Shown one piece after another: positions 28,101 through 41,570 of a stretch of 64,000 nt of DNA. The translations under genes were made by a program, and so were the position numbers. Below the pieces are notes generated by a model that worked only from the letters and a program-made list of their open reading frames with translations, did not search any database and had not been told where the DNA came from. Each line of letters begins with the position of its first letter. Position 1 is the stretch's first letter. Origin of the DNA: Eledone cirrhosa (taxonomy: Eukaryota); NCBI GenBank assembly GCA_964016885.1, contig OZ024742.1:349308001-349372000 (forward strand), written 5' to 3'.

Positions 28101-31100
28101 ATTGCAGTACCCTGTCTAAAACTCTCTAACTCTGATATCATCGCAGTACCCTGTCTAAAACTCTATAACTCTGATATCATTGCAGTACCCTGTCTAAAAC
28201 TCTATAACTCTGATAACATCGCAAAACCCTGTCTAAATCTCTATAACTGTGATATCATCGCAGTAGCCTGTCTAGAACTCTATAACTCTGATATCATCGC
28301 AGTACCCTGTCTAGAACTCTATAACTCTGATATCATCGCAGAACCCTGTCTAAAACTCTCTAACTCTGATATCATTGCAGTACCCTGTCTAAAATTTTAT
28401 AACTCTGATATCATCGCAGAACCCTGTCTAAAACTCTCTAACTCTGATATCATTGCAGAACCCTGTCTAAAATTCTATAACTCTGATATCATCGCAGTAC
28501 CCTGTCTAAAACTCTATAACTCTGATATCATTGCAGTTCCCTTTTTAAAATTCTATAACTCTGATATCATTGCAGTACCCTGTCTAAAATTCTATAACTC
28601 TGATATCATGGCAGAACCCTGTCTAAAACTCTCTAACTCTGATATCATCGCAGTGCCCTGTCTAAAACTCTATAACTCTGATATCATTGCAGTACCCTTT
28701 TTAAAATTCTATAACTCTGATATCATCGCAGTACCCTGTCTAAAACTATATAACTCTGATATCATTGCGGTACCCTGTCTATAACTCTATAACTCTGATA
28801 TCATCGCAGTACCCTGTTTAAATCTCTATAACTCTGATATCATCGCAGTACCCTGTCTAGAACTCTATAACTGTGATATCATCGCAGTACCCTGTCTAAA
28901 ACTCTATAACTCCGATATCATCGCAGTACCCTGTCTAAAACTCTATAACTCTGATATCATCGCAGTACCTGTCTACAACTCTATAACTCTGATATTATTG
29001 CAGTACCCTGTCTAAAACTCTATAACTCTGATATCATCGCAGTACCCTGTCTAGAACTCTATAACTCTGATATCATCGCAGTACCCTGTTTAAATCTCTA
29101 TAACTCTGATATCATCGCAGTACCCTGTCTAGAACTCTATAACTCTGATATCATCGCAGTACCCTGTCTAAAACTCTATAACTCCGATATCATCGCAGTA
29201 CCCTGTCTAAAACTCTATAACTCCGATATCATCACAGAACCCTGTCTAAAACTCTATAACTCTGATATTATTGCAGTACCCTGTCTAAAACTCTATAACT
29301 CTGATATCATCGCAGTACCCTGTCTAGAACTCTATAACTCTGATATCATCGCAGAACCCTGTCTAAATCTCTATAACTCTGATATCATCGCAGTACCCTG
29401 TTCAAATCTCTATAACTCTGATATCATCGCAGTACCCTGTCTAGAACTCTATAACTCTGGTATCATCGCAGTACCCTGTCTAAAACTCTACAACTCTGAT
29501 ATCATCGCAGTACCTGTCTACAACTCTATAACTCTGATATCATCGCAGTACCCTATCTAGAACTCTATAACACTGATATCATCGCAGTACCCTGTCTAAA
29601 ACTCTATAACTCTGATATCATCGCAGTACCCTGTCTAGAACTCTATAACTCTGATATCATTGCAGTACCTTGTCTAAAATTCTATAACTCTGATATCATC
29701 GCAGTACCCTGTCTAAAACTCCATAACTCTGATATCATCGCAGTACCCTGTCTAAAACTCTATATTTCTGATATAATTGCAGTACCCTGTCTAAAACTCT
29801 ATAACTCTGATATCATCGCAGTACCTGTCTAAAACTCTATAACTCTGATATCATCGCAGTACCCTGTCTAGAACTCTATATCTCTAATATCATCGCAGTA
29901 CCCTGTCTAAAACACTATAACTCTGATATCATCGCAGTATCCTGTCTAAAACTCTATAACTCCGATATCATCGCAGAACCCTGTCTAAAACTCTATAACT
30001 CTGATATCATTGCATTACCCTGTCTAAAACTCTATAACTCTGATATCATCGCAGTACCCTGTCTAAAACTCTATAACTCTGATATCATTGCAGTACCCTT
30101 TTTAAAATGCTATAACTCTGATATCATCGCAGTACCCTGTCTAAAACTCCATAACTCTGATATCATCGCAGTACCCTGTCTAAAACTCTATATCTCTGAT
30201 ACAATTGCAGTACCTTGTCTAAAACTCTATAACTCTGATATCATCGCAGTACCTGTCTAAAACTCTATAACTCTGATATCATCGCAGTACTCTGTCTAAA
30301 ACTCTATAACTCCGATATCATCGCAGAACCCTGTCTAAAACTCTATAACTCTGATATAATTGCAGTACCCTGTCTAAAATTCTATAACTCTGATATCATC
30401 GCAGTACCCTGTCTACAACTCTATATCTGTGATATCATCGCAGTACCCTGTCTAAAACTGTATAACTCTGATATCATCGCAGTACCCTGTCTAAAACTCT
30501 ATAACTCCGATATCATCGCAGAACCCTGTCTAAAACTCTATAACTCTGATATCATTGCATTACCCTGTCTAAAACTCTATAACTCTGATATCATCGCAGT
30601 ACCCTGTCTAAAACTCTATAACTCCGATATCATCGCAGAACCCTGTCTAAAACTCTATAAATCTGATATCATTGCAGTACCCTGTCTAAAACTCTCTAAC
30701 TCTGATATCATCGCAGTACCCTGTCTAAAACTCTATAACTCTGATATCATTGCAGTACCCTGTCTAAAACTCTATAACTCTGATAACATCGCAAAACCCT
30801 GTCTAAATCTCTATAACTGTGATATCATCGCAGTAGCCTGTCTATAACTCTATAACTCTGATATCATCGCAGTACCCTGTCTAGAACTCTATAACTCTGA
30901 TATCATCGCAGAACCCTGTCTAAAACTCTCTAACTCTGATATCATTGCAGTACCCTGTCTAAAATTCTATAACTCTGATATCATCGCAGAACCCTGTCTA
31001 AAACTCTCTAACTCTGATATCATTGCAGAACCCTGTCTAAAATTCTATAACTCTGATATCATCGCAGTACCCTGTCTAAAACTCTATAACTCTGATATCA

Positions 31101-33230
31101 TTGCAGTTCCCTTTTTAAAATTCTATAACTCTGATATCATTGCAGTACCCTGTCTAAAATTCTATAACTCTGATATCATCGCAGAACCCTGTCTAAAACT
31201 CTCTAACTCTGATATTATCGCAGTGCCCTGTCTAAAACTCTATAACTCTGATATCATTGCAGTACCCTTTTTAAAATTCTATAACTCTGATATCATCGCA
31301 GTACCCTGTCTAAAACTATATAACTCTGATATCATTGCGGTACCCTGTCTATAACTCTATAACTCTGATATCATCGCAGTACCCTGTTTAAATCTCTATA
31401 ACTCTGATATCATCGCAGTACCCTGTCTAGAACTCTATAACTGTGATATCATCGCAGTACCCTGTCTAAAACTCTATAACTCCGATATCATCGCAGTACC
31501 CTGTCTAAAACTCTATAACTCTGATATCATCGCAGTACCTGTCTACAACTCTATAACTCTGATATTATTGCAGTACCCTGTCTAAAACTCTATAACTCTG
31601 ATATCATCGCAGTACCCTGTCTAGAACTCTATAACTCTGATATCATCGCAGTACCCTGTTTAAATCTCTATAACTCTGATATCATCGCAGTACCCTGTCT
31701 AGAACTCTATAACTCTGATATCATCGCAGTACCCTGTCTAAAACTCTATAACTCCGATATCATCGCAGTACCCTGTCTAAAACTCTATAACTCCGATATC
31801 ATCACAGAACCTTGTCTAAAACTCTATAAATCTGATATTATTGCAGTACCCTGTCTAAAACTCTATAACTCTGATATCATCGCAGTACCCTGTCTAGAAC
31901 TCTATAACTCTGATATCATCGCAGAACCCTGTCTAAAACTCTATAACTCTGATATCATCGCAGTACCCTGTTTAAATCTCTATAACTCTGATATCATCGC
32001 AGTACCCTGTCTAGAACTCTATAACTCTGGTATCATCGCAGTACCCTGTCTAAAACTCTACAACTCTGATATCATCGCAGTACCTGTCTACAACTCTATA
32101 ACTCTGATATCATCGCAGTACCCTATCTAGAACTCTATAACACTGATATCATCGCAGTACCCTGTCTAAAACTCTATAACTCTGATATCATCGCAGTACC
32201 CTGTCTAGAACTCTATAACTCTGATATCATTGCAGTACCTTGTCTAAAATTCTATAACTCTGATATCATCGCAGTACCCTGTCTAAAACTCCATAACTCT
32301 GATATCATCGCAGTACCCTGTCTAAAACTCTATATCTCTGATATAATTGCAGTACCCTGTCTAAAACTCTATAACTCTGATATCATCGCAGTACCTGTCT
32401 AAAACACTATAACTCTGATATCATCGCAGTACCCTGTCTAGAACTCTATATCTCTAATATCATCGCAGTACCCTGTCTAAAACACTATAACTCTGATATC
32501 ATCGCAGTACCCTGTCTAAAACTCTATAACTCTGATATCATCGCAGAACCCTGTCTAAAACTCTATAACTCTGATATCATTGCATTACCCTGTCTAAAAC
32601 TCTATAACTCTGATATCATCGCAGTACCCTGTCTAAAACTCTATAACTCTGATATCATTGCAGTACCCTTTTTAAAATGCTATAACTCTGATATCATCGC
32701 AGTACCCTGTCTAAAACTCCATAACTCTGATATCATCGCAGTACCCTGTCTAAAACTCTATATCTCTGATATAATTGCAGTACCTTGTCTAAAACTCTAT
32801 AACTCTGATATCATCGCAGTACCTGTCTAAAACTCTATAACTCTGATATCATCGCAGTACCCTGTCTAAAACTCTATAACTCCGATATCATCGCAGAACC
32901 CTGTCTAAAACTCTATAACTCTGATATAATTGCAGTACCCTGTCTAAAATTCTATAACTCTGATATCATCGCAGTACCCTGTCTACAACTCTATATCTGT
33001 GATATCATCGCAGTACCCTGTCTAAAACTGTATAACTCTGATATCATCGCAGTACCCTGTCTAAAACTCTATAACTCCGATATCATCGCAGAACCCTGTC
33101 TAAAACTCTATAACTCTGATATCATTGCATTACCCTGTCTAAAACTCTATAACTCTGATATCATCGCAGTACCCTGTCTAAAACTCTATAACTCCGATAT
33201 CATCGCAGAACCCTGTCTAAAACTCTATAA
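28000..33230 (+). repeat. Tandem duplication of 2570 bp (66 monomers); boundaries approximate
   Basis: CTATAACTGTGATATCATCGCAGTAGCC 28241/30811, TTGCAGTTCC 28531/31101, TCTCTAATAT 29881/32451 and GTCTACAACTCTATATCTGT 30411/32981 (all 2570). Confidence 0.87.
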
Positions 33231-36200
33231 CTCTGAAATCATTGCAGTACCCTGTCTAAAACTCTATAACTCTGATATCATCGCAGTACCCTGTCTAAAA
33301 CTCTATAACTCTGATATCATTGCAGTACCCTGTCTAAAACTCTATAACTCAGATATCATCGCAGTAGCCTGTCTAGAACTCTATAACTCTGATATCATCG
33401 CAGTACCCTGTCTAGAACTCTATAACTCTGATATCATCGCAGAACCCTGTCTAAAACTCTCTAACTCTGATATCATTGCAGTACCCTGTCTAAAATTCTA
33501 TAACTCTGATATCATCGCAGAACCCTGTCTAAAACTCTCTAACTCTGATATCATTGCAGAACCCTGTCTAAAACTATATAACTCTGATATCATTGCGGTA
33601 CCCTGTCTATAACTCTATAACTCTGATATCATCGCAGTACCCTGTTTAAATCTCTATAACTCTGATATCATCGCAGTACCCTGTCTAGAACTCTATAACT
33701 CTGATATCATCGCAGTACCCTGTCTAAAACTCTATAACTCCGATATCATCGCAGTACCCTGTCTAAAACTCTATAACTCTGATATCATCGCAGTACCTGT
33801 CTACAACTCTATAACTCTGATATTATTGCAGTACCCTGTCTAAAACTCTATAATTCTGATATCATCGCAGTACCCTGTCTAGAACTCTATAACTCTGATA
33901 TCATCGCAGTACCCTGTCTAAAACTCTATAACTCCGATATCATCGCAGCACCCTGTCTAAAACTCTATAACTCCGATATCATCACAGAACCCTGTCTAAA
34001 ACTCTATAACTCTGATATTATTGCAGTACCCTGTCTAAAACTCTATAACTCTGATATCATCGCAGTACCCTGTCTAGAACTCTATAACTCTGATATCATC
34101 GCAGAACCCTGTCTAAAACTCTATAACTCTGATATCATCGCAGTACCCTGTTTAAATCTCTATAACTCTGATATCATCGCAGTACCCTGTCTAGAACTCT
34201 ATAACTCTGGTATCATCGCAGTACCCTGTCTAAAACTCTACAACTCTGATATCATCGCAGTACCTGTCTACAACTCTATAACTCTGATATCATCGCAGTA
34301 CCCTATCTAGAACTCTATAACACTGATATCATCGCAGTACCCTGTCTAAAACTCTATAACTCTGATATCATCGCAGTACCCTGTCTAGAACTCTATAACT
34401 CTGATATCATTGCAGTACCTTGTCGAAAATTCTATAACTCTGATATCATCGCAGTACCCTGTCTAAAACTCCATAACTCTGATATCATCGCAGTACCCTG
34501 TCTAAACTCTATATCTCTGATATAATTGCAGTACCCTGTCTAAAACTCTATAACTCTGATATCATCGCAGTACCTGTCTAAAACTCTATAACTCTGATAT
34601 CATCGCAGTACCCTGTCTAAAACTCTATAACTCCGATATCATCGCAGAACCCTGTCTAAAACTCTATAACTCTGATATCATTGCATTACCCTGTTTAAAA
34701 CTCTATAACTCTGATATCATCGCAGTACCCTGTCTAAAACTCTATAACTCCGATATCATCGCAGAACCCTGTCTAAAACTCTATAACTCTGATATCATTG
34801 CAGTACCCTGTCTAAAACTCTATAGCTCTGATAACATCGCAAAACCCTGTCTAAATCTCTATAACTCTGATATCATCGCAGTAGCCTGTCTAGAACTCTA
34901 TAACTCTGATATCATCGCAGTACCCTGTCTAGAACTCTATAACTCTGATATCATCGCAGAACCCTGTCTAAAACTCTCTAACTCTGATATCATTGCAGTA
35001 CCCTGTCTAAAATTCTATAACTCTGATATCATCGCAGAACCCTGTCTAAAACTCTCTAACTCTGATATCATTGCAGAACCCTGTCTAAAATTCTATAACT
35101 CTGATATCATCGCAGTACCCTGTCTAAAACTCTATAACTCTGATATCATTGCAGTACCCTTTTTAAAATTCTATAACTCTGATATCATTGCAGTACCCTG
35201 TCTAAAATTCTATAACTCTGATATCATCGCAGAACCCTGTCTAAAACTCTGTAACTCTGATATCATCGCAGTACCCTGTCTAAAACTCTATAACTCTGAT
35301 ATCATTGCAGTACCCTTTTTTAAAATTCTATAACTCTGATATCATCGCAGTACCCTGTCTAAAACTATATAACTCTGATATCATTGCGGTACCCTGTCTA
35401 AAACTCTATAACTCTGATATCATCGCAGTACCCTGTTTAAATCTCTATAACTCTGATATCATCGCAGTACCCTGTCTAGAACTCTATATCTCTGATATCA
35501 TCGCAGTACCCTGTCTAAAACTCTATAACTCTGATATCATTGCAGTATCCTGTCTAAAACTCTCTAACTCTGATATCATCGCAGTACCCTGTCTAAAACT
35601 CTATAACTCTGATATCATCGCAGTACCCTGTTTAAATCTCTATAACTCTGATATCATCGCAGTACCCTGTCTAGAACTCTATAACTCTGGTATCATCGCA
35701 GTACCCTGTCTAAAACTCTACAACTCTGATATCATCGCAGTACCTGTCTACAACTCTATAACTCTGATATCATCGCAGTACCCTATCTAGAACTCTATAA
35801 CACTGATATCATCGCAGTACCCTGTCTAAAACTCTATAACTCTGATATCATCGCAGTACCCTGTCTAGAACTCTATAACTCTGATATCATTGCAGTACCT
35901 TGTCTAAAATTCTATAACTCTGATATCATCGCAGTACCCTGTCTAAAACTCCATAACTCTGATATCATCGCAGTACCCTGTCTAAAACTCTATATCTCTG
36001 ATATAATTGCAGTACCCTGTCTAAAACTCTATAACTCTGATATCATCGCAGTACCTGTCTAAAACACTATAACTCTGATATCATCGCAGTACCCTGTCTA
36101 GAACTCTATATCTCTAATATCATCGCAGTACCCTGTCTAAAACACTATAACTCTGATATCATCGCAGTACCCTGTCTAAAACTCTATAACTCTGATATCA

Positions 36201-39200
36201 TCGCAGAACCCTGTCTAAAACTCTATAACTCTGATATCATTGCATTACCCTGTCTAAAACTCTATAACTCTGATATCATCGCAGTACCCTGTCTAAAACT
36301 CTATAACTCTGATATCATTGCAGTACCCTTTTTAAAATGCTATAACTCTGATATCATCGCAGTACCCTGTCTAAAACTCCATAACTCTGATATCATCGCA
36401 GTACCCTGTCTAAAACTCTATATCTCTGATATAATTGCAGTACCTTGTCTAAAACTCTATAACTCTGATATCATCGCAGTACCTGTCTAAAACTCTATAA
36501 CTCTGATATCATCGCAGTACCCTGTCTAAAACTCTATAACTCCGATATCATCGCAGAACCCTGTCTAAAACTCTATAACTCTGATATAATTGCAGTACCC
36601 TGTCTAAAATTCTATAACTCTGATATCATCGCAGTACCCTGTCTACAACTCTATATCTGTGATATCATCGCAGTACCCTGTCTAAAACTGTATAACTCTG
36701 ATATCATCGCAGTACCCTGTCTAAAACTCTATAACTCCGATATCATCGCAGAACCCTGTCTAAAACTCTATAACTCTGATATCATTGCATTACCCTGTCT
36801 AAAACTCTATAACTCTGATATCATCGCAGTACCCTGTCTAAAACTCTATAACTCCGATATCATCGCAGAACCCTGTCTAAAACTCTATAACTCTGAAATC
36901 ATTGCAGTACCCTGTCTAAAACTCTATAACTCTGATATCATCGCAGTACCCTGTCTAAAACTCTATAACTCTGATATCATTGCAGTACCCTGTCTAAAAC
37001 TCTATAACTCAGATATCATCGCAGTAGCCTGTCTAGAACTCTATAACTCTGATATCATCGCAGTACCCTGTCTAGAACTCTATAACTCTGATATCATCGC
37101 AGAACCCTGTCTAAAACTCTCTAACTCTGATATCATTGCAGTACCCTGTCTAAAATTCTATAACTCTGATATCATCGCAGAACCCTGTCTAAAACTCTCT
37201 AACTCTGATATCATTGCAGAACCCTGTCTAAAACTATATAACTCTGATATCATTGCGGTACCCTGTCTATAACTCTATAACTCTGATATCATCGCAGTAC
37301 CCTGTTTAAATCTCTATAACTCTGATATCATCGCAGTACCCTGTCTAGAACTCTCTAACTCTGATATCATCGCAGTACCCTGTCTAAAACTCTATAACTC
37401 CGATATCATCGCAGTACCCTGTCTAAAACTCTATAACTCTGATATCATCGCAGTACCTGTCTACAACTCTATAACTCTGATATTATTGCAGTACCCTGTC
37501 TAAAACTCTATAATTCTGATATCATCGCAGTACCCTGTCTAGAACTCTATAACTCTGATATCATCGCAGTACCCTGTCTAAAACTCTATAACTCCGATAT
37601 CATCGCAGCACCCTGTCTAAAACTCTATAACTCCGATATCATCACAGAACCCTGTCTAAAACTCTATAACTCTGATATTATTGCAGTACCCTGTCTAAAA
37701 CTCTATAACTCTGATATCATCGCAGTACCCTGTCTAGAACTCTATAACTCTGATATCATCGCAGAACCCTGTCTAAAACTCTATAACTCTGATATCATCG
37801 CAGTACCCTGTCTAGAACTCTATAACTCTGGTATCATCGCAGTACCCTGTCTAAAACTCTACAACTCTGATATCATCGCAGTACCTGTCTACAACTCTAT
37901 AACTCTGATATCATCGCAGTACCCTATCTAGAACTCTATAACACTGATATCATCGCAGTACCCTGTCTAAAACTCTATAACTCTGATATCATCGCAGTAC
38001 CCTGTCTAGAACTCTATAACTCTGATATCATTGCAGTACCTTGTCGAAAATTCTATAACTCTGATATCATCGCAGTACCCTGTCTAAAACTCCATAACTC
38101 TGATATCATCGCAGTACCCTGTCTAAAACTCTATATCTCTGATATAATTGCAGTACCCTGTCTAAAACTCTATAACTCTGATATCATCGCAGTACCTGTC
38201 TAAAACTCTATAACTCTGATATCATCGCAGTACCCTGTCTAAAACTCTATAACTCCGATATCATCGCAGAACCCTGTCTAAAACTCTATAACTCTGATAT
38301 CATTGCATTACCCTGTTTAAAACTCTATAACTCTGATATCATCGCAGTACCCTGTCTAAAACTCTATAACTCCGATATCATCGCAGAACCCTGTCTAAAA
38401 CTCTATAACTCTGATATCATTGCAGTACCCTGTCTAAAACTCTATAACTCTGATATCATCGCAGTACCCTGTCTAAAACTCTATAACTCTGATATCATTG
38501 CAGTACCCTGTCTAAAACTCTATAACTCCGATATCATCGCAGTACCCTGTCTAAAACTCTATAACTCTGATATCATCGCAGTACCTGTCTACAACTCTAT
38601 AACTCTGATATTATTGCAGTACCCTGTCTAAAACTCTATAATTCTGATATCATCGCAGTACCCTGTCTAGAACTCTATAACTCTGATATCATCGCAGTAC
38701 CCTGTCTAAAACTCTATAACTCCGATATCATCGCAGCACCCTGTCTAAAACTCTATAACTCCGATATCATCACAGAACCCTGTCTAAAACTCTATAACTC
38801 TGATATTATTGCAGTACCCTGTCTAAAACTCTATAACTCTGATATCATCGCAGTACCCTGTCTAGAACTCTATAACTCTGATATCATCGCAGAACCCTGT
38901 CTAAAACTCTATAACTCTGATATCATCGCAGTACCCTGTCTAGAACTCTATAACTCTGGTATCATCGCAGTACCCTGTCTAAAACTCTACAACTCTGATA
39001 TCATCGCAGTACCTGTCTACAACTCTATAACTCTGATATCATCGCAGTACCCTATCTAGAACTCTATAACACTGATATCATCGCAGTACCCTGTCTAAAA
39101 CTCTATAACTCTGATATCATCGCAGTACCCTGTCTAGAACTCTATAACTCTGATATCATTGCAGTACCTTGTCGAAAATTCTATAACTCTGATATCATCG

Positions 39201-41570
39201 CAGTACCCTGTCTAAAACTCCATAACTCTGATATCATCGCAGTACCCTGTCTAAAACTCTATATCTCTGATATAATTGCAGTACCCTGTCTAAAACTCTA
39301 TAACTCTGATATCATCGCAGTACCTGTCTAAAACTCTATAACTCTGATATCATCGCAGTACCCTGTCTAAAACTCTATAACTCCGATATCATCGCAGAAC
39401 CCTGTCTAAAACTCTATAACTCTGATATCATTGCATTACCCTGTTTAAAACTCTATAACTCTGATATCATCGCAGTACCCTGTCTAAAACTCTATAACTC
39501 CGATATCATCGCAGAACCCTGTCTAAAACTCTATAACTCTGATATCATTGCAGTACCCTGTCTAAAACTCTATAACTCTGATATCATCGCAGTACCCTGT
39601 CTAAAACTCTATAACTCTGATATCATTGCAGTACCCTGTCTAAAACTCTATAACTCCGATATCATCGCAGTACCCTGTCTAAAACTCTATAACTCTGATA
39701 TCATCGCAGTACCTGTCTACAACTCTATAACTCTGATATTATTGCAGTACCCTGTCTAAAACTCTATAATTCTGATATCATCGCAGTACCCTGTCTAGAA
39801 CTCTATAACTCTGATATCATCGCAGTACCCTGTCTAAAACTCTATAACTCCGATATCATCGCAGCACCCTGTCTAAAACTCTATAACTCCGATATCATCA
39901 CAGAACCCTGTCTAAAACTCTATAACTCTGATATTATTGCAGTACCCTGTCTAAAACTCTATAACTCTGATATCATCGCAGTACCCTGTCTAGAACTCTA
40001 TAACTCTGATATCATCGCAGAACCCTGTCTAAAACTCTATAACTCTGATATCATCGCAGTACCCTGTCTAGAACTCTATAACTCTGGTATCATCGCAGTA
40101 CCCTGTCTAAAACTCTACAACTCTGATATCATCGCAGTACCTGTCTACAACTCTATAACTCTGATATCATCGCAGTACCCTATCTAGAACTCTATAACAC
40201 TGATATCATCGCAGTACCCTGTCTAAAACTCTATAACTCTGATATCATCGCAGTACCCTGTCTAGAACTCTATAACTCTGATATCATTGCAGTACCTTGT
40301 CGAAAATTCTATAACTCTGATATCATCGCAGTACCCTGTCTAAAACTCCATAACTCTGATATCATCGCAGTACCCTGTCTAAAACTCTATATCTCTGATA
40401 TAATTGCAGTACCCTGTCTAAAACTCTATAACTCTGATATCATCGCAGTACCTGTCTAAAACTCTATAACTCTGATATCATCGCAGTACCCTGTCTAAAA
40501 CTCTATAACTCCGATATCATCGCAGAACCCTGTCTAAAACTCTATAACTCTGATATCATTGCATTACCCTGTTTAAAACTCTATAACTCTGATATCATCG
40601 CAGTACCCTGTCTAAAACTCTATAACTCCGATATCATCGCAGAACCCTGTCTAAAACTCTATAACTCTGATATCATTGCAGTACCCTGTCTAAAACTCTA
40701 TAACTCTGATATCATCGCAGTACCCTGTCTAAAACTCTATAACTCTGATATCATTGCAGTACCCTGTCTAAAACTCTATAGCTCTGATAACATCGCAAAA
40801 CCCTGTCTAAATCTCTATAACTCTGATATCATCGCAGTAGCCTGTCTAGAACTCTATAACTCTGATATCATCGCAGTACCCTGTCTAGAACTCTATAACT
40901 CTGATATCATCGCAGAACCCTGTCTAAAACTCTCTAACTCTGATATCATTGCAGTACCCTGTCTAAAATTCTATAACTCTGATATCATCGCAGAACCCTG
41001 TCTAAAACTCTCTAACTCTGATATCATTGCAGAACCCTGTCTAAAATTCTATAACTCTGATATCATCGCAGTACCCTGTCTAAAACTCTATAACTCTGAT
41101 ATCATTGCAGTACCCTTTTTAAAATTCTATAACTCTGATATCATTGCAGTACCCTGTCTAAAATTCTATAACTCTGATATCATCGCAGAACCCTGTCTAA
41201 AACTCTGTAACTCTGATATCATCGCAGTACCCTGTCTAAAACTCTATAACTCTGATATCATTGCAGTACCCTTTTTTAAAATTCTATAACTCTGATATCA
41301 TCGCAGTACCCTGTCTAAAACTATATAACTCTGATATCATTGCGGTACCCTGTCTAAAACTCTATAACTCTGATATCATCGCAGTACCCTGTTTAAATCT
41401 CTATAACTCTGATATCATCGCAGTACCCTGTCTAGAACTCTATATCTCTGATATCATCGCAGTACCCTGTCTAAAACTCTATAACTCTGATATCATTGCA
41501 GTATCCTGTCTAAAACTCTCTAACTCTGATATCATCGCAGTACCCTGTCTAAAACTCTATAACTCTGATA
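31926..41570 (+). repeat. Tandem duplication of a 3660-bp (94-monomer) block; the second copy was later expanded internally by the 1128-bp triplication
   Basis: Lines 31981-34140 match 35641-37800 almost base for base (offset 3660). TGTCGAAAA 34424/38045 gives offset 3621 after a one-monomer loss. TATAGCTCTG 34825/40781 and pseudo-ORFs 35305/41261 give offset 5956 = 3622 + 2x1128 + 2x39. Confidence 0.88.
37372..40780 (+). repeat. Three tandem copies of a 1128-bp (29-monomer) higher-order unit
   Basis: The TGTCGAAAA marker (C position) is at 38045, 39173 and 40301, exactly 1128 apart. 1128 = 29x39 - 3, i.e. three 38-bp monomers. GCAGCACCC, ATCACAGAA and GCATTACCCTGTTTAAAA variants recur in phase. 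Confidence 0.93.
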
